NCBI RefSeq assembly: GCF_009914755.1
Contig: NC_060925.1
Source: the human T2T-CHM13v2.0 reference genome, Homo sapiens
Reading direction: 5' to 3' (one strand)
Length of the DNA stretch: 64,000 bases
Part shown: piece by piece, positions 26,201-40,100 of the stretch
Numbering within the stretch: the stretch's first letter is position 1
How the letters are laid out: every line of letters begins with the position of its first letter
Program-made: the position numbers and the translations under genes
The notes under the pieces: generated by a model
Database searches by the model: none
The model's input: the letters and a program-made list of their open reading frames with translations, nothing else
Told to the model about the DNA's origin: nothing

Positions 26201-29200
26201 AGAGCAGTTAGGAAACACTCTGTTTGTAAAGTCTGTAAGTGGATATTCTGACATCTTGTGGCCTTTGTTGGAAACGGGATTTCTTCATATTCTGCTAGAC
26301 AGAAGAATTCTCAGTAACTTCCTTGTGTTGTGTGTATTCAACTCACAGAGTTGCACGATCCTTTACACAGAGCAGACTTGAAACACTCTTTTTGTGGAAT
26401 TTGCAAGTGGAGATTTCAGCCACTTTGAGGTCAATGGTAGAATAGGAAATATCTTCCTATAGAAACTAGACAGAATGATTCTCAGAAACTCCTTTGTGAT
26501 GTGTGCGTTCAACTCACAGAATTTAACATTTCTTTTCATAGAGCAGTTAGGAAACACTCTGTTTGTAAAGTCTGTAAGTGGATATTCAGACCTCTTTGAG
26601 GCCTTCGTTGGAAACGGGATTTCTTCGTATTCTGCTAGACAGAAGAATTCTCAGTAACTTCCTTGTGTTGTGTGTATTCAACTCACAGAGTTGAACGATC
26701 CTTTACAGAGAGCAGACTTGAAACACTCTTTTTGTGGAATTTGCAAGTGGAGATTTCAGCCGCTTTGAGGTCAATGGTAGAATAGGAAATATCTTCGTAG
26801 AAAAACTAGACAGAATGATTCTCAGAAAATCCTTTGTGATGTGTGCGTTCAACTCACAGAGTTTAACTTTTCTTTTCATAGAGCAGTTAGGAAACACTCT
26901 GTTTGTAAAGTCTGCAAGTGGATATTCAGACCTCTTTGAGGCCTTCGTTGGAAACGGGATTTCTTCATATTCTGCTAGACAGAAGAATTCTCAGTAACTT
27001 CCTTGTGTTGTGTGTATTCAACTCACACAGTTGAACGATCCTTTACACAGAGCAGACTTGAAACACTCTTTTTGTGGAATTTGCAAGTGGAGATTTCAGC
27101 CGCTTTGAGGTCAATAGTAGAAAAGGAAATATCTTCGTAGAAAAACTAGACAGAATGATTCTCAGAAACTCCTTTGTGATGTGTGTTTTCAACTCACAGA
27201 GTTTAACCTTTCTTTTCATAGAGCAGTTAGTAAACACTCTGTTTATAAAGTCTGCAAGTGGATATTCAGACCCCTTTGAGGCCTTCGTTGGAAACGGGAT
27301 TTCTTCATATTATGCTAGACAGAAGAATTCTCAGTAACTTCCTTGTGTTGTGTGTATACAACTCACAGAGTTGAACTTTCATTTAGAGAGAGCAGATTTG
27401 AAACACTGTTTTTGTGGAATTTGCAAGTGGAGATTTCAAGCGCTTTGGGGCCAAAGGCAGAAAAGGAAATATCTTCGTATAAAAACTAGACAGAATCATT
27501 CCCACAAACTGCGTTGTGATGTGTGCGTTCAACTCACAGAGTTTAACTTTTCTTTTCATAGAGCAGTTAGGAAACACTCTGTTTGTAAAGTCTGCAAGTG
27601 GATATTCAGACCTCTTTGAGGCCTTCGTTGGAAACGGGATTTCTTCATATTCTGCTGGACAGAATAATTCTCAGTAACTTCCTTGTGTTGTGTGTATTCA
27701 ACTCACAGAGTTGAATGATCCTTTACAGAGAGCAGACTTGAAACATTCTTTTTGTGGAATTTGCAAGTGGAGATTTCAGCCGCTTTGAGGTCAATGGTAG
27801 AAAAGGAAATATCTTCGTATAAAGACTAGACAGAATGATTCTCAGAAACTCCTTTGTGATGTGTGCGTTCAACTCACAGAGTTTAACTTTTCTTTTCATA
27901 CAGCAGTTAGGAAACACTCTGTTTGTAAAGTCTGCAAGTGGATATTCAGACCTCTTTGAGGCCTTCGTTGGAAACGGGATTTCTTCATATTATGCTAGAC
28001 AGATTAATTCTCAGTAACTTCCTTGTGTTGTGTGTATTCAACTCACAAAGTTGAAGGATCCTTTACAGAGAGCAGGCTTGAAACACTCTTTTTGTCGAAT
28101 TTGCAAGTGGAGATTTCAGCCGCTTTGAGGTCAATGGTAGAATAGGAAATATCTTCTTATAGAAACTAGACAGAATGATTCTCATAAACTCCTTTGTGAT
28201 GTGTGCGTTCAACTCACAGAGTTTAACCTTTCTTTTCATAGAGCAGTTAGGAAACACTCTGTTTGTAAAGTCTGCAAGTGGATATTCAGACCTCTTTGAG
28301 GCCTTCGTTGGAAACGGGATTTCTTCATATTTTGCTAGACAGAAGAATTCTCACTAACTTCCTTGTGTTGTGTGTATTCAACTCACAGAGTTGAACGATC
28401 CTTTACACAGAGCAGACTTGAAACACTCTTTTTGTGGAATTTGCAAGTGGAGATTTCAGCCGCTTTGAGGTCAATAGTAGAAAAGGAAATATCTTCGTAG
28501 AAAAACTAGACAGAATGATTCTCAGAAACTCCTTTGTGATGTGTGTTTTCAACTCACAGAGTTTAACCTTTCTTTTCATAGAGCAGTTAGTAAACACTCT
28601 GTTTATAAAGTCTGCAAGTGGATATTCAGACCCCTTTGAGGCCTTCGTTGGAAACGGGATTTCTTCCTATTATGCTAGACAGAAGAATTCTCAGTAACTT
28701 CCTTGTGTTGTGTGTATTCAACTGACAGAGTTGAACTTTCATTTAGAGAGAGCAGATTTGAAACACTGTTTTTGTGGAGTTTGCAAGTGGAGATTTCAAG
28801 CGCTTTGGGGCCAAAGGCAGAAAAGGAAATATCTTCGTATAAAAACTAGATAGAATCATTCTCAGAAACTGCTGCGTGATGTGTGCGTTCAACTCTCAGA
28901 GTTTACCTTTTCTTTTCATTCAGCGGTTTGGAAACACTCTGTTTGTAAAGTCTGCACGTGGATATTTTGACCACTTAGAGGCCTTCGTTAGAAACGGGTT
29001 TTTTTCATGTAAGGCTAGACAGAAGAATTCCCAGTAACTTCCTTGTGTTGTGTGCATTCAACTCACAGAGTTGAACGTTCCCTTAGACAGAGCAGATTTG
29101 AAACACTCTATTTGTGCAATTTGCAAGTGTAGATTTCAAGCGCTTTAAGGTCAATGGCAGAAAAGGAAATATCTTCGTTTCAAAACTAGACAGAATCATT

Positions 29201-31127
29201 CCCACAAACTGCGTTGTGATGTGTTCGTTCAACTCACAGAGTTTAACCTTTCTGTTCATAGAGCAGTTAGGAAACACTCTGTTTGTAAACTCTGCAAGTG
29301 GATATTCCGACCTCCTTGAGGCCTTCGTTGGAAACGGGATTTCTTCATATTCTGCTAGACAGAATAATTCTCAGTAACTTCCTTGTGTTGTGTGTATTCA
29401 ACTCACAGAGTTGAACGATCCTTTACACAGAGCAGACTTCAAACACTCTTTCTGTGGAATTTGCAAGTGGAGATTTCAGCCGCTTTGAGGTCAATGGTAG
29501 AATAGGAAATATCTTCCTATAGAAACTAGACAGAATGATTCTCAGAAACTCCTTTGTGATGTGTGCGTTCAACTCACAGAGTTTAACCTTTCTTTTCATA
29601 GAGCAGTTAGGAAACACTCTGTTTGTAAAGTCTGCAAGTGGATATTCAGACCTCTTTGAGGCCTTCGTTGGAAACGGGATTTCTTCATATTCTCCTAGAC
29701 AGAAGAATTCTCAGTAACTTCCTTGTGTTGTGTGTATTCAACTCACAGAGTTGAACGATCCTTTACACAGAGCAGACTTGAAACACTCTTTTTGTGGAAT
29801 TTGCAAGTGGAGATTTCAGCCGCTTTGAGGTCAATGGTAGAAAAGTAAATATCTTCGTATAAAGACTAGACAGAATGATTCTCAGAAACTCCTTTGTGAT
29901 GTGTGCGTTCAACTCACAGAGTTTAACCTTTCTGTTCATAGAGCAGTTAGGAAACACTCTGTTTGTAAAGTCTGCAAGTGGATATTCAGACCTCCTTGAG
30001 GCCTTCGTTGGAAATGGGATTTCTTCATATTCTGCTAGACAGAAGAATTCTCAGTAACTTCCTTGTGTTGTGTGTATTCAACTCACAGAGTTGAACGATC
30101 CTTTACACAGAGCAGACTTGAAACACTCTTTTTGTGGAATTTGCAAGTGGAGATTTCAGCCGCTTTGAGGTCAATGGTAGAAAAGGAAATATCTTCGTAT
30201 AAAGACTAGACAGAAGGATTCTCATAAACTCCTTTGTGATGTGTGCGTTCAACTCACAGAGTTTAACTTTTCTTTTCATAGAGCAGTTAGGAAACACTCT
30301 GTTTGTAAAGTCTGCAAGTGGATATTCAGACCTCTTTGAGGCCTTCGTTGGAAACGGGATTTCTTCATATTATGCTAGACAGAAGAATTCTCAGTAACTT
30401 CCTTGTGTTGTGTGTATTCAACTCACAGAGTTGAACGATCCTTTACACAGAGCAGACTTGAGACATTCTTTTTGTGGAATTTGCAAGTGGAGATTTCAGC
30501 CGCTTTGAGGTCAATGGTAGAATAGGAAATATCTTCCTAAAGAAACTAGACAGAACGATTCTCAGAAACTCCTTTGTGATGTGTGCGTTCAACTCACAGA
30601 GTTTAACCTTTCTTTTCATAGAGCAGTTAGGAAACACTCTGTTTGTAAAGTCTGCAAGTGGATATTCAGACCTCTTTGAGGCCTTCGTTGGAAACGGGAT
30701 TTCTTCATATTCTGTTAGACAGAAGAATTCTCAGTAACTTCCTTGTGTTGTGTGTATTCAACTCACAGAGTTGAACGATCCTTTACACAGAGCAGACTTG
30801 AAACATTCTTTTTGTGGAATTTGCAAGTGGAGATTTCAGCCGCTTTGAGGTCAATGGTAGAATAGGAAATATCTTCCTATAGAAACTAGACAGAACGATT
30901 CTCAGAAACTCCTTTGTGATGTGTGCGTTCAACTCACAGAGTTTAACCTTTCTTTTCATAGAGCAGTTAGGAAACACTCTGTTTGTAAAGTCTGCAAGTG
31001 GATATTCAGACCTCTTTGAGGCCTTCGTTGGAAACGGGATTTCTTCATATTCTGCTAGACAGAAGAATTCTCAGTAACTTCCTTGTGTTGTGTGTATTCA
31101 ACTCACAGAGTTGAACGATCCTTTACA
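13548..31127 (+). repeat. Repeated block, ~13548-17193 and ~27482-31127 (offset 13,934)
   Basis: Shared tattTtgc, ctcaCtaac, ttcCtattat, ggaGtttg, tagaTagaa, cgttAgaaa, gacttCaaac, ggaaaTggg and gaGacattc. ORF pairs 13789/27723 through 16849/30783. Confidence 0.9.
17118..28331 (+). repeat. 6,117-bp tandem duplication; second copy (~23235-28331) shortened by 680-bp and 340-bp deletions
   Basis: Variants seen only in these two copies: gtgTTTTTAactg (17501/23618), the 1-bp-shorter gcgctGTGGGcc (~17590/23707), gtggaAatttt (17748/23865) and caactTacag (18188/24305). The offset steps 6117 to 5437 to 5097. Confidence 0.9.
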
Positions 31128-34100
31128 AAGAGCAGACTTGAAACACTCTTTCTGTGGAATTTGCAATTGGAGATTTCAGCCGCTTTGAGGACAATGGTAG
31201 AATAGGAAATATCTTCCTATAGAAACTAGACAGAATGATTCTCAGAAACTCCTTTGTGATGTGTGCGTTCAACTCACAGAGTTCAACCTTTCTTTTCATA
31301 GAGCAGTTAGGAAACACTCTGTTTGTAATGTCTGCTAGTGGATATTCAGACCTCTTTGAGGCCTTCGTTGGAAACGGGATTTCTTCGTATTCTGCTAGAC
31401 AGAAGAATTCTCAGTAACTTCCTTGTGTTGTGTGTATTCAACTCACAGAGTTGAACGATCCTTTACACAGAGCAGACTTGAAACACTCTTTTTGTGGAAT
31501 TTGCAAGTGGAGATTTCAGCCGCTTTGAGGTCAATAGTAGAAAAGGAAATATCTTCGTAGAAAAACTAGACAGAATGATTCTCAGAAACTCCTTTGTGAT
31601 GTGTGTGTTCAACTCACAGAGTTTAACCTTTCTTTTCATAGAGCAGTTAGTAAACACTCTATTTATAAAGTCTGCAAGTGGATATTCAGACCCCTTTGAG
31701 GCCTTCGTTGGAAACGGGATTTCTTCATATTATGCTAGACAGAAGAATTCTCAGTAACTTCCTTGTGTTGTGTGTATTCAACTGACAGAGTTGAACTTTC
31801 ATTTAGAGAGAGCAGATTTGAAACACTGTTTTTGTGGAATTTGCAAGTGGAGATTTCAAGCACTTTGGGGCCAAAGGCAGAAAAGGAAATATCTTCGTAT
31901 AAAAACTAGAGAGAATCATTCTCAGAAACTGCTGCGTGATGTGTGCGTTCAACTCTCAGAGTTTAACTTTCCTTTTCATTCAGCGGTTTGGAAACACTCT
32001 GTTTGTAAAGTCTGCACGTGGATATTTTGACCACTTAGAGGCCTTCGTTGGAAACGGGTTTTTTTCATGTAAGGCTAGACAGAAGAATTCCCAGTAACTT
32101 CCTTGTGTTGTGTGCATTCAACTCACAGAGTTGAACGTTCCCTTAGACAGAGCAGATTTGAAACACTCTATTTGTGCAATTGGCAAGTGTAGATTTCAAG
32201 CGCTTTAAGGTCAATGGCAGAAAAGGAAATATCTTCGTTTCAAAACTAGACAGAATCATTCCCACAAACTGCGTTGTGATGTGTTCGTTCAACTCACAGA
32301 GTTTAACCTTTCTGTTCATAGAGCGGTTAGGAAACACTCTGTTTGTAAAGTCTGTAAGTGGATATTCTGACATCTTGTGGCCTTCGTTGGAAACGGGATT
32401 TCTTCATATTCTGCTAGACAGAAGAATTCTCAGTAACTTCCTTGTGTTGTGTGTATTCAACTCACAGAGTTGAACGATCCTTTACACAGAGCAGACTTGA
32501 AACACTCTTTTTGTGGAATTTGCAAGTGGAGATTTCAGCCGCTTTGAGGTCAATGGTAGAAAAGGAAATATCTTCATATAAAGACTAGACAGAATGATTC
32601 TCAGAAACTCCTTTGTGATGTGTGCGTTCAACTCACAGAGGTTAACCTTTCTTTTCATAGAGCACTTAGGAAACACTCTGTTTGTAAAGTCTGCAAGTGG
32701 ATATTCAGACCTCCTTGAGGCCTTCGTTGGAAACGGGATTTCTTCATATTCTGCTAGACAGAAGAATTCCCAGTAACTTCCTTGTGTTGTGTGCATTCAA
32801 CTCACAGAGTTGAACGTTCCCTTAGACAGAGCAGATTTGAAACACTCTATTTGTGCAATTTGCAAGTGTAGATTTCAAGCGCTTTAAGGTCAATGGCAGA
32901 AAAGGAAATATCTTCGTTTCAAAACTAGACAGAATCATTCCCACAAACTGCGTTGTAATGTGTGCGTTCAACTCACAGAGTTTAACCTTTCTTTTCATAG
33001 AGCAGTTAGGAAACACTCTGTTTGTAAAGTCTGCAAGTGGATATTCAGACCTCTTTGAGGCCTTCGTTGGAAACGGGATTTCTTCATATTCTGCTAGACA
33101 GAAGAATTCTCAGTAACTTCCTTGTGTTGTGTGTATTCAACTCACAGAGTTGAACGATCCTTTACAAAGAGCAGACTTGAAACACTCTTTCTGTGGAATT
33201 TGCAATTGGAGATTTCAGCCGCTTTGAGGACAATGGTAGAATAGGAAATATCTTCCTATAGAAACTAGACAGAATGATTCTCAGAAACTCCTTTGTGATG
33301 TGTGCGTTCAACTCACAGAGTTTAACCTTTCTTTCCTAGAGCAGTTAGGAAACACTCTGTTTGTAAAGTCTGCAAGTGGATATTCAGACCTCTTTGAGGC
33401 CTTCGTTGGAAACGGGATTTCTTCGTATTCTGCTAGACAGAAGAATTCTCAGTAACTTCCTTGTGTTGTGTGTATTCAACTCACAGAGTTGAACGATCCT
33501 TTACACAGAGCAGACTTGAAACACTCTTTTTGTGGAATTTGCAAGTGGAGATTTCAGCCGCTTTGAGGTCAATAGTAGAAAAGGAAATATCTTCACAGAA
33601 AAACTAGACAGAATGATTCTCAGAAACTCCTTTGTGATGTGTGTGTTCAACTCACAGAGTTTAACCTTTCTTTTCATAGAGCAGTTAGTAAACACTCTGT
33701 TTATAAAGTCTGCAAGTGGATATTCAGACCCCTTTGAGGCCTTCGTTGGAAACGGGATTTCTTCATATTATGCTAGACAGAAGAATTCTCAGTAACTTCC
33801 TTGTGTTGTGTTTATTCAACTGACAGAGTTGAACTTTCATTTAGAGAGAGCAGATTTGAAACACTGTTTTTGTGGAATTTGCAAGTGGAGATTTCAAGCG
33901 CTTTGGGGCCAAAGGCAGAAAAGGAAATATCTTCGTATAAAAACTAGACAGAATCATTCTCAGAAACTGCTGCGTGATGTGTGCGTTCAACTCTCAGAGT
34001 TTAACTTTTCTTTTCATTCAGCGGTTTGGAAACACTCTGTTTGTAAAGTCTGCACGTGGATATTTTGACCACTTAGAGGCCTTCGTTGGAAACGGGTTTT

Positions 34101-37100
34101 TTTCATGTAAGGCTAGACAGAAGAATTCCCAGTAACTTCCTTGTGTTGTGTGCATTCAACTCACAGAGTTGAACGATCCTTTACACAGAGCAGACTTGAA
34201 ACACTCTTTTTGTGGAATTTGCAAGTGGAGATTTCAGCCGCTTTGAGGTCAATGGTAGAATAGGAAATATCTTCCTATAGAAACTAGACAGAATGATTAT
34301 CATAAACTCCTTTGTGATGTGTGCGTTCAACTCACAGAGTTTAACCTTTCTGTTCATAGAGCAGTTAGGAAACACTCTGTTTGTAAAGTCTGTAAGTGGA
34401 TATTCTGACATCTTGTGGCCTTTGTTGGAAACGGGATTTCTTCATATTCTGCTAGACAGAAGAATTCTCAGTAACTTCCTTGTGTTGTGTGTATTCAACT
34501 CACAGAGTTGCACGATCCTTTACACAGAGCAGACTTGAAACACTCTTTTTGTGGAATTTGCAAGTGGAGATTTCAGCCACTTTGAGGTCAATGGTAGAAT
34601 AGGAAATATCTTCCTATAGAAACTAGACAGAATGATTCTCAGAAACTCCTTTGTGATGTGTGCGTTCAACTCACAGAATTTAACATTTCTTTTCATAGAG
34701 CAGTTAGGAAACACTCTGTTTGTAAAGTCTGTAAGTGGATATTCAGACCTCTTTGAGGCCTTCGTTGGAAACGGGATTTCTTCGTATTCTGCTAGACAGA
34801 AGAATTCTCAGTAACTTCCTTGTGTTGTGTGTATTCAACTCACAGAGTTGAACGATCCTTTACAGAGAGCAGACTTGAAACACTCTTTTTGTGGAATTTG
34901 CAAGTGGAGATTTCAGCCGCTTTGAGGTCAATGGTAGAATAGGAAATATCTTCGTAGAAAAACTAGACAGAATGATTCTCAGAAAATCCTTTGTGATGTG
35001 TGCGTTCAACTCACAGAGTTTAACTTTTCTTTTCATAGAGCAGTTAGGAAACACTCTGTTTGTAAAGTCTGCAAGTGGATATTCAGACCTCTTTGAGGCC
35101 TTCGTTGGAAACGTTATTTCTTCATATTATGCTAGACAGAATAATTCTCAGTAACTTCCTTGTGTTGTGTGTATTCAACTCACAGAGTTGAACGATCCTT
35201 TACACAGAGCAGACTTGAAACACTCTTTTTGTGTAATTTGCAAGTGGAGATTTCAGCCGATTTGAGGTCAATGGTAGAATAGGAAATATCTTCCTATAGA
35301 AACTAGACAGAATGATTCTCAGAAACTCCTTTGTGATGTGTGCGTTCAACTCACAGAATTTAACATTTCTTTTCATAGAGCAGTTAGGAAACACTCTGTT
35401 TGTAAAGTCTGCAAGTGGATATTCAGACCTCTTTGAGGCCTTCGTTGGAAACGGGATTTCTTCATATTCTGCTAGACGGAAGAATTCTCAGTAACTTCCT
35501 TGTGTTGTGTGTATTCAACTCACAGAGTTGAACGATCCTTTACAGAGAGCAGACTTGAAACACTCTTTTTGTGGAATTTGCAAGTGGAGATTTCAGCCGC
35601 TTTGAGGTCAATGGTAGAATAGGAAATATCTTCGTAGAAAAACTAGACAGAATGATTCTCAGAAAATCCTTTGTGATGTGTGCGTTCAACTCACAGAGTT
35701 TAACTTTTCTTTTCATAGAGCAGTTAGGAAACACTCTGTTTGTAAAGTCTGCAAGTGGATATTCAGACCTCTTTGAGGCCTTCGTTGGAAACGGGATTTC
35801 TTCATATTCTGCTAGACAGAAGAATTCTCAGTAACTTCCTTGTGTTGTGTGTATTCAACTCACACAGTTGAACGATCCTTTACACAGAGCAGACTTGAAA
35901 CACTCTTTTTGTGGAATTTGCAAGTGGAGATTTCAGCCGCTTTGAGGTCAATAGTAGAAAAGGAAATATCTTCGTAGAAAAACTAGACAGAATGATTCTC
36001 AGAAACTCCTTTGTGATGTGTGTTTTCAACTCACAGAGTTTAACCTTTCTTTTCATAGAGCAGTTAGTAAACACTCTGTTTATAAAGTCTGCAAGTGGAT
36101 ATTCAGACCCCTTTGAGGCCTTCGTTGGAAACGGGATTTCTTCATATTATGCTAGACAGAAGAATTCTCAGTAACTTCCTTGTGTTGTGTGTATACAACT
36201 CACAGAGTTGAACTTTCATTTAGAGAGAGCAGATTTGAAACACTGTTTTTGTGGAATTTGCAAGTGGAGATTTCAAGCGCTTTGGGGCCAAAGGCAGAAA
36301 AGGAAATATCTTCGTATAAAAACTAGACAGAATCATTCTCAGAAACTGCTGCGTGATGTGTGCGTTCAACTCTCAGAGTTTAACTTTTCTTTTCATTCAG
36401 CGGTTTGGAAACACTCTGTTTGTAAAGTCTGCACGTGGATATTTTGACCACTTAGAGGCCTTCGTTGGAAACGGGTTTTTTTCATGTAAGGCTAGACAGA
36501 AGAATTCCCAGTAACTTCCTTGTGTTGTGTGCATTCAACTCACAGAGTTGAACGTTCCCTTAGACAGAGCAGATTTGAAACACTCTATTTGTGCAATTTG
36601 CAAGCGTAGATTTCAAGCGCTTTAAGGTCAATGGCAGAAAAGGAAATATCTTCGTTTCAAAACTAGACAGAATCATTCCCACAAACTGCGTTGTGATGTG
36701 TGCGTTCAACTCACAGAGTTTAACTTTTCTTTTCATAGAGCAGTTAGGAAACACTCTGTTTGTAAAGTCTGCAAGTGGATATTCAGACCTCTTTGAGGCC
36801 TTCGTTGGAAACGGGATTTCTTCATATTCTGCTAGACAGAATAATTCTCAGTAACTTCCTTGTGTTGTGTGTATTCAACTCACAGAGTTGAATGATCCTT
36901 TACAGAGAGCAGACTTGAAACATTCTTTTTGTGGAATTTGCAAGTGGAGATTTCAGCCGCTTTGAGGTCAATGGTAGAAAAGGAAATATCTTCGTATAAA
37001 GACTAGACAGAATGATTCTCAGAAACTCCTTTGTGATGTGTGCGTTCAACTCACAGAGTTTAACTTTTCTTTTCATACAGCAGTTAGGAAACACTCTGTT

Positions 37101-40100
37101 TGTAAAGTCTGCAAGTGGATATTCAGACCTCTTTGAGGCCTTCGTTGGAAACGGGATTTCTTCGTATTCTGCTAGACAGAAGAATTCTCAGTAACTTCCT
37201 TGTGTTGTGTGTATTCAACTCACAGAGTTGAAAGATCCTTTACAGAGAGCAGACTTGAAACACTCTTTTTGTGGAATTTGCAAGTGGAGATTTCAGCCGC
37301 TTTGAGGTCAATTGTAGAATAGGAAATATCTTCCTATAGAAACTAGACAGAATGATTCTCAGAAACTCCTTTGTGATGTGTGCGTTCAACTCACAGAGTT
37401 TAACCTTTCTTTTCATAGAGCAGTTAGGAAACACTCTGTTTGTAAAGTCTGCAAGTGGATATTCAGACCTCTTTGAGGCCTTCGTTGGAAACGGGATTTC
37501 TTCATATTCTGCTAGACAGAAGAATTGTCAGTAACTTCCTTGTGTTGTGTGTATTCAACTCACAGAGTTGAACGATCCTTTACAGAGAGCAGACTTGAAA
37601 CACTCTTTTTGTGGAATTTGCAAGTGGAGATTTCAGCCGCTTTGAGGTCAATAGTAGAAAAGGAAATATCTTCACATAAAAACTAGACAGAATGATTCTC
37701 AGAAACTCCTTTGTGATGTGTGTGTTCAACTCACAGAGTTTAACCTTTCTTTTCATAGAGCAGTTAGTAAACACTCTATTTATAAAGTCTGCAAGTGGAT
37801 ATTCAGACCCCTTTGAGGCCTTCGTTGGAAACGGCATTTCTTCATATTATGTTAGACAGAAGAATTCTCAGTAACTTTCTTGTGTTGTGTGTATTCAACT
37901 GACAGAGTTGAACTTTCATTTAGAGAGAGCAGATTTGAAACACTGTTTTTGTGGAATTTGCAAGTGGAGATTTCAAGCGCTTTGGGGCCAAAGGCAGAAA
38001 ACGAAATATCTTCGTATAAAAACTAGACAGAATCATTCTCAGAAACTGCTGCGTGATGTGTGCGTTCAACTCTCAGAGTTTAACTTTTCTTTTCATTCAG
38101 CGGTTTGGAAACACTCTGTTTGTAAAGTCTGCACGTGGATATTTTGACCACTTAGAGGCCTTCGTTGGAAACGGGTTTTTTTCATGTAAGGCTAGACAGA
38201 AGAATTCCCAGTAACTTCCTTGTGTTGTGTGCATTCAACTCACAGAGTTGAACGTTCCCTTAGACAGAGCAGATTTGAAACACTCTATTTGTGCAATTTG
38301 CAAGTGTAGATTTCAAGCGCTTTAAGGTCAATGGCAGAAAAGGAAATATCTTCGTTTCAAAACTAGACAGAATCATTCCCACAAACTGCGTTGTAATGTG
38401 TGCGTTCAACTCACAGAGTTTAACCTTTCTTTTCATAGAGCAGTTAGGAAACACTCTGTTTGTAAAGTCTGCAAGTGGATATTCAGACCTCTTTGAGGCC
38501 TTCGTTGGAAACGGGATTTCTTCATATTCTGCTAGACAGAAGAATTCTCAGTAACTTCCTTGTGTTGTGTGTATTCAACTCACAGAGTTGAACGATCCTT
38601 TACAAAGAGCAGACTTGAAACACTCTTTCTGTGGAATTTGCAATTGGAGATTTCAGCCGCTTTGAGGACAATGGTAGAATAGGAAATATCTTCCTATAGA
38701 AACTAGACAGAATGATTCTCAGAAACTCCTTTGTGATGTGTGCGTTCAACTCACAGAGTTTAACCTTTCTTTTCATAGAGCAGTTAGGAAACACTCTGTT
38801 TGTAAAGTCTGCTAGTGGATATTCAGACCTCTTTGAGGCCTTCGTTGGAAACGGGATTTCTTCGTATTCTGCTAGACAGAAGAATTCTCAGTAACTTCCT
38901 TGTGTTGTGTGTATTCAACTCACAGAGTTGAACGATCCTTTACACAGAGCAGACTTGAAACACTCTTTTTGTGGAATTTGCAAGTGGAGATTTCAGCCGC
39001 TTTGAGGTCAATAGTAGAAAAGGAAATATCTTCGTAGAAAAACTAGACAGAATGATTCTCAGAAACTCCTTTGTGATGTGTGTGTTCAACTCACAGAGTT
39101 TAACCTTTCTTTTCATAGAGCAGTTAGTAAACACTCTATTTATAAAGTCTGCAAGTGGATATTCAGACCCCTTTGAGGCCTTCGTTGGAAACGGGATTTC
39201 TTCATATTATGCTAGACAGAAGAATTCTCAGTAACTTCCTTGTGTTGTGTGTATTCAACTGACAGAGTTGAACTTTCATTTAGAGAGAGCAGATTTGAAA
39301 CACTGTTTTTGTGGAATTTGCAAGTGGAGATTTCAAGCGCTTTGGGGCCAAAGGCAGAAAAGGAAATATCTTCGTATAAAAACTAGAGAGAATCATTCTC
39401 AGAAACTGCTGCGTGATGTGTGCGTTCAACTCTCAGAGTTTAACTTTCCTTTTCATTCAGCGGTTTGGAAACACTCTGTTTGTAAAGTCTGCACGTGGAT
39501 ATTTTGACCACTTAGAGGCCTTCGTTGGAAACGGGTTTTTTTCATGTAAGGCTAGACAGAAGAATTCCCAGTAACTTCCTTGTGTTGTGTGCATTCAACT
39601 CACACAGTTGAACGTTCCCTTAGACAGAGCAGATTTGAAACACTCTATTTGTGCAATTTGCAAGTGTAGATTTCAAGCGCTTTAAGGTCAATGGCAGAAA
39701 AGGAAATATCTTCGTTTCAAAACTAGACAGAATCATTCCCACAAACTGCGTTGTGATGTGTTCGTTCAACTCACAGAGTTTAACCTTTCTGTTCATAGAG
39801 CGGTTAGGAAACACTCTGTTTGTAAAGTCTGTAAGTGGATATTCTGACATCTTGTGGCCTTCGTTGGAAACGGGATTTCTTCATATTCTGCTAGACAGAA
39901 GAATTCTCAGTAACTTCCTTGTGTTGTGTGTATTCAACTCACAGAGTTGAACGATCCTTTACACAGAGCAGACTTGAAACACTCTTTTTGTGGAATTTGC
40001 AAGTGGAGATTTCAGCCGCATTGAGGTCAATGGTAGAAAAGGAAATATCTTCATATAAAGACTAGACAGAATGATTCTCAGAAACTCCTTTGTGATGTGT

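Larger units (their letters stand above)
7810..37163 (+). repeat. Repeated block, ~7810-14052 and ~30922-37163 (offset 23,112/23,111)
   Basis: Shared gtaaTgtctgcTagtg (8217/31329), aagcActtt, tagaGagaatc and tttcCtttt. ORF pairs 8011/31123, 8658/31770 and 13076/36187. Confidence 0.85.

Noticed and set aside
26700-27501. The two deletions in the 6,117-bp copy sum to 1,020 bp, the nominal 6-mer HOR length
   Set aside because: They are separate events (680 + 340), and any in-register deletions sum to a multiple of 340, so this is coincidence.
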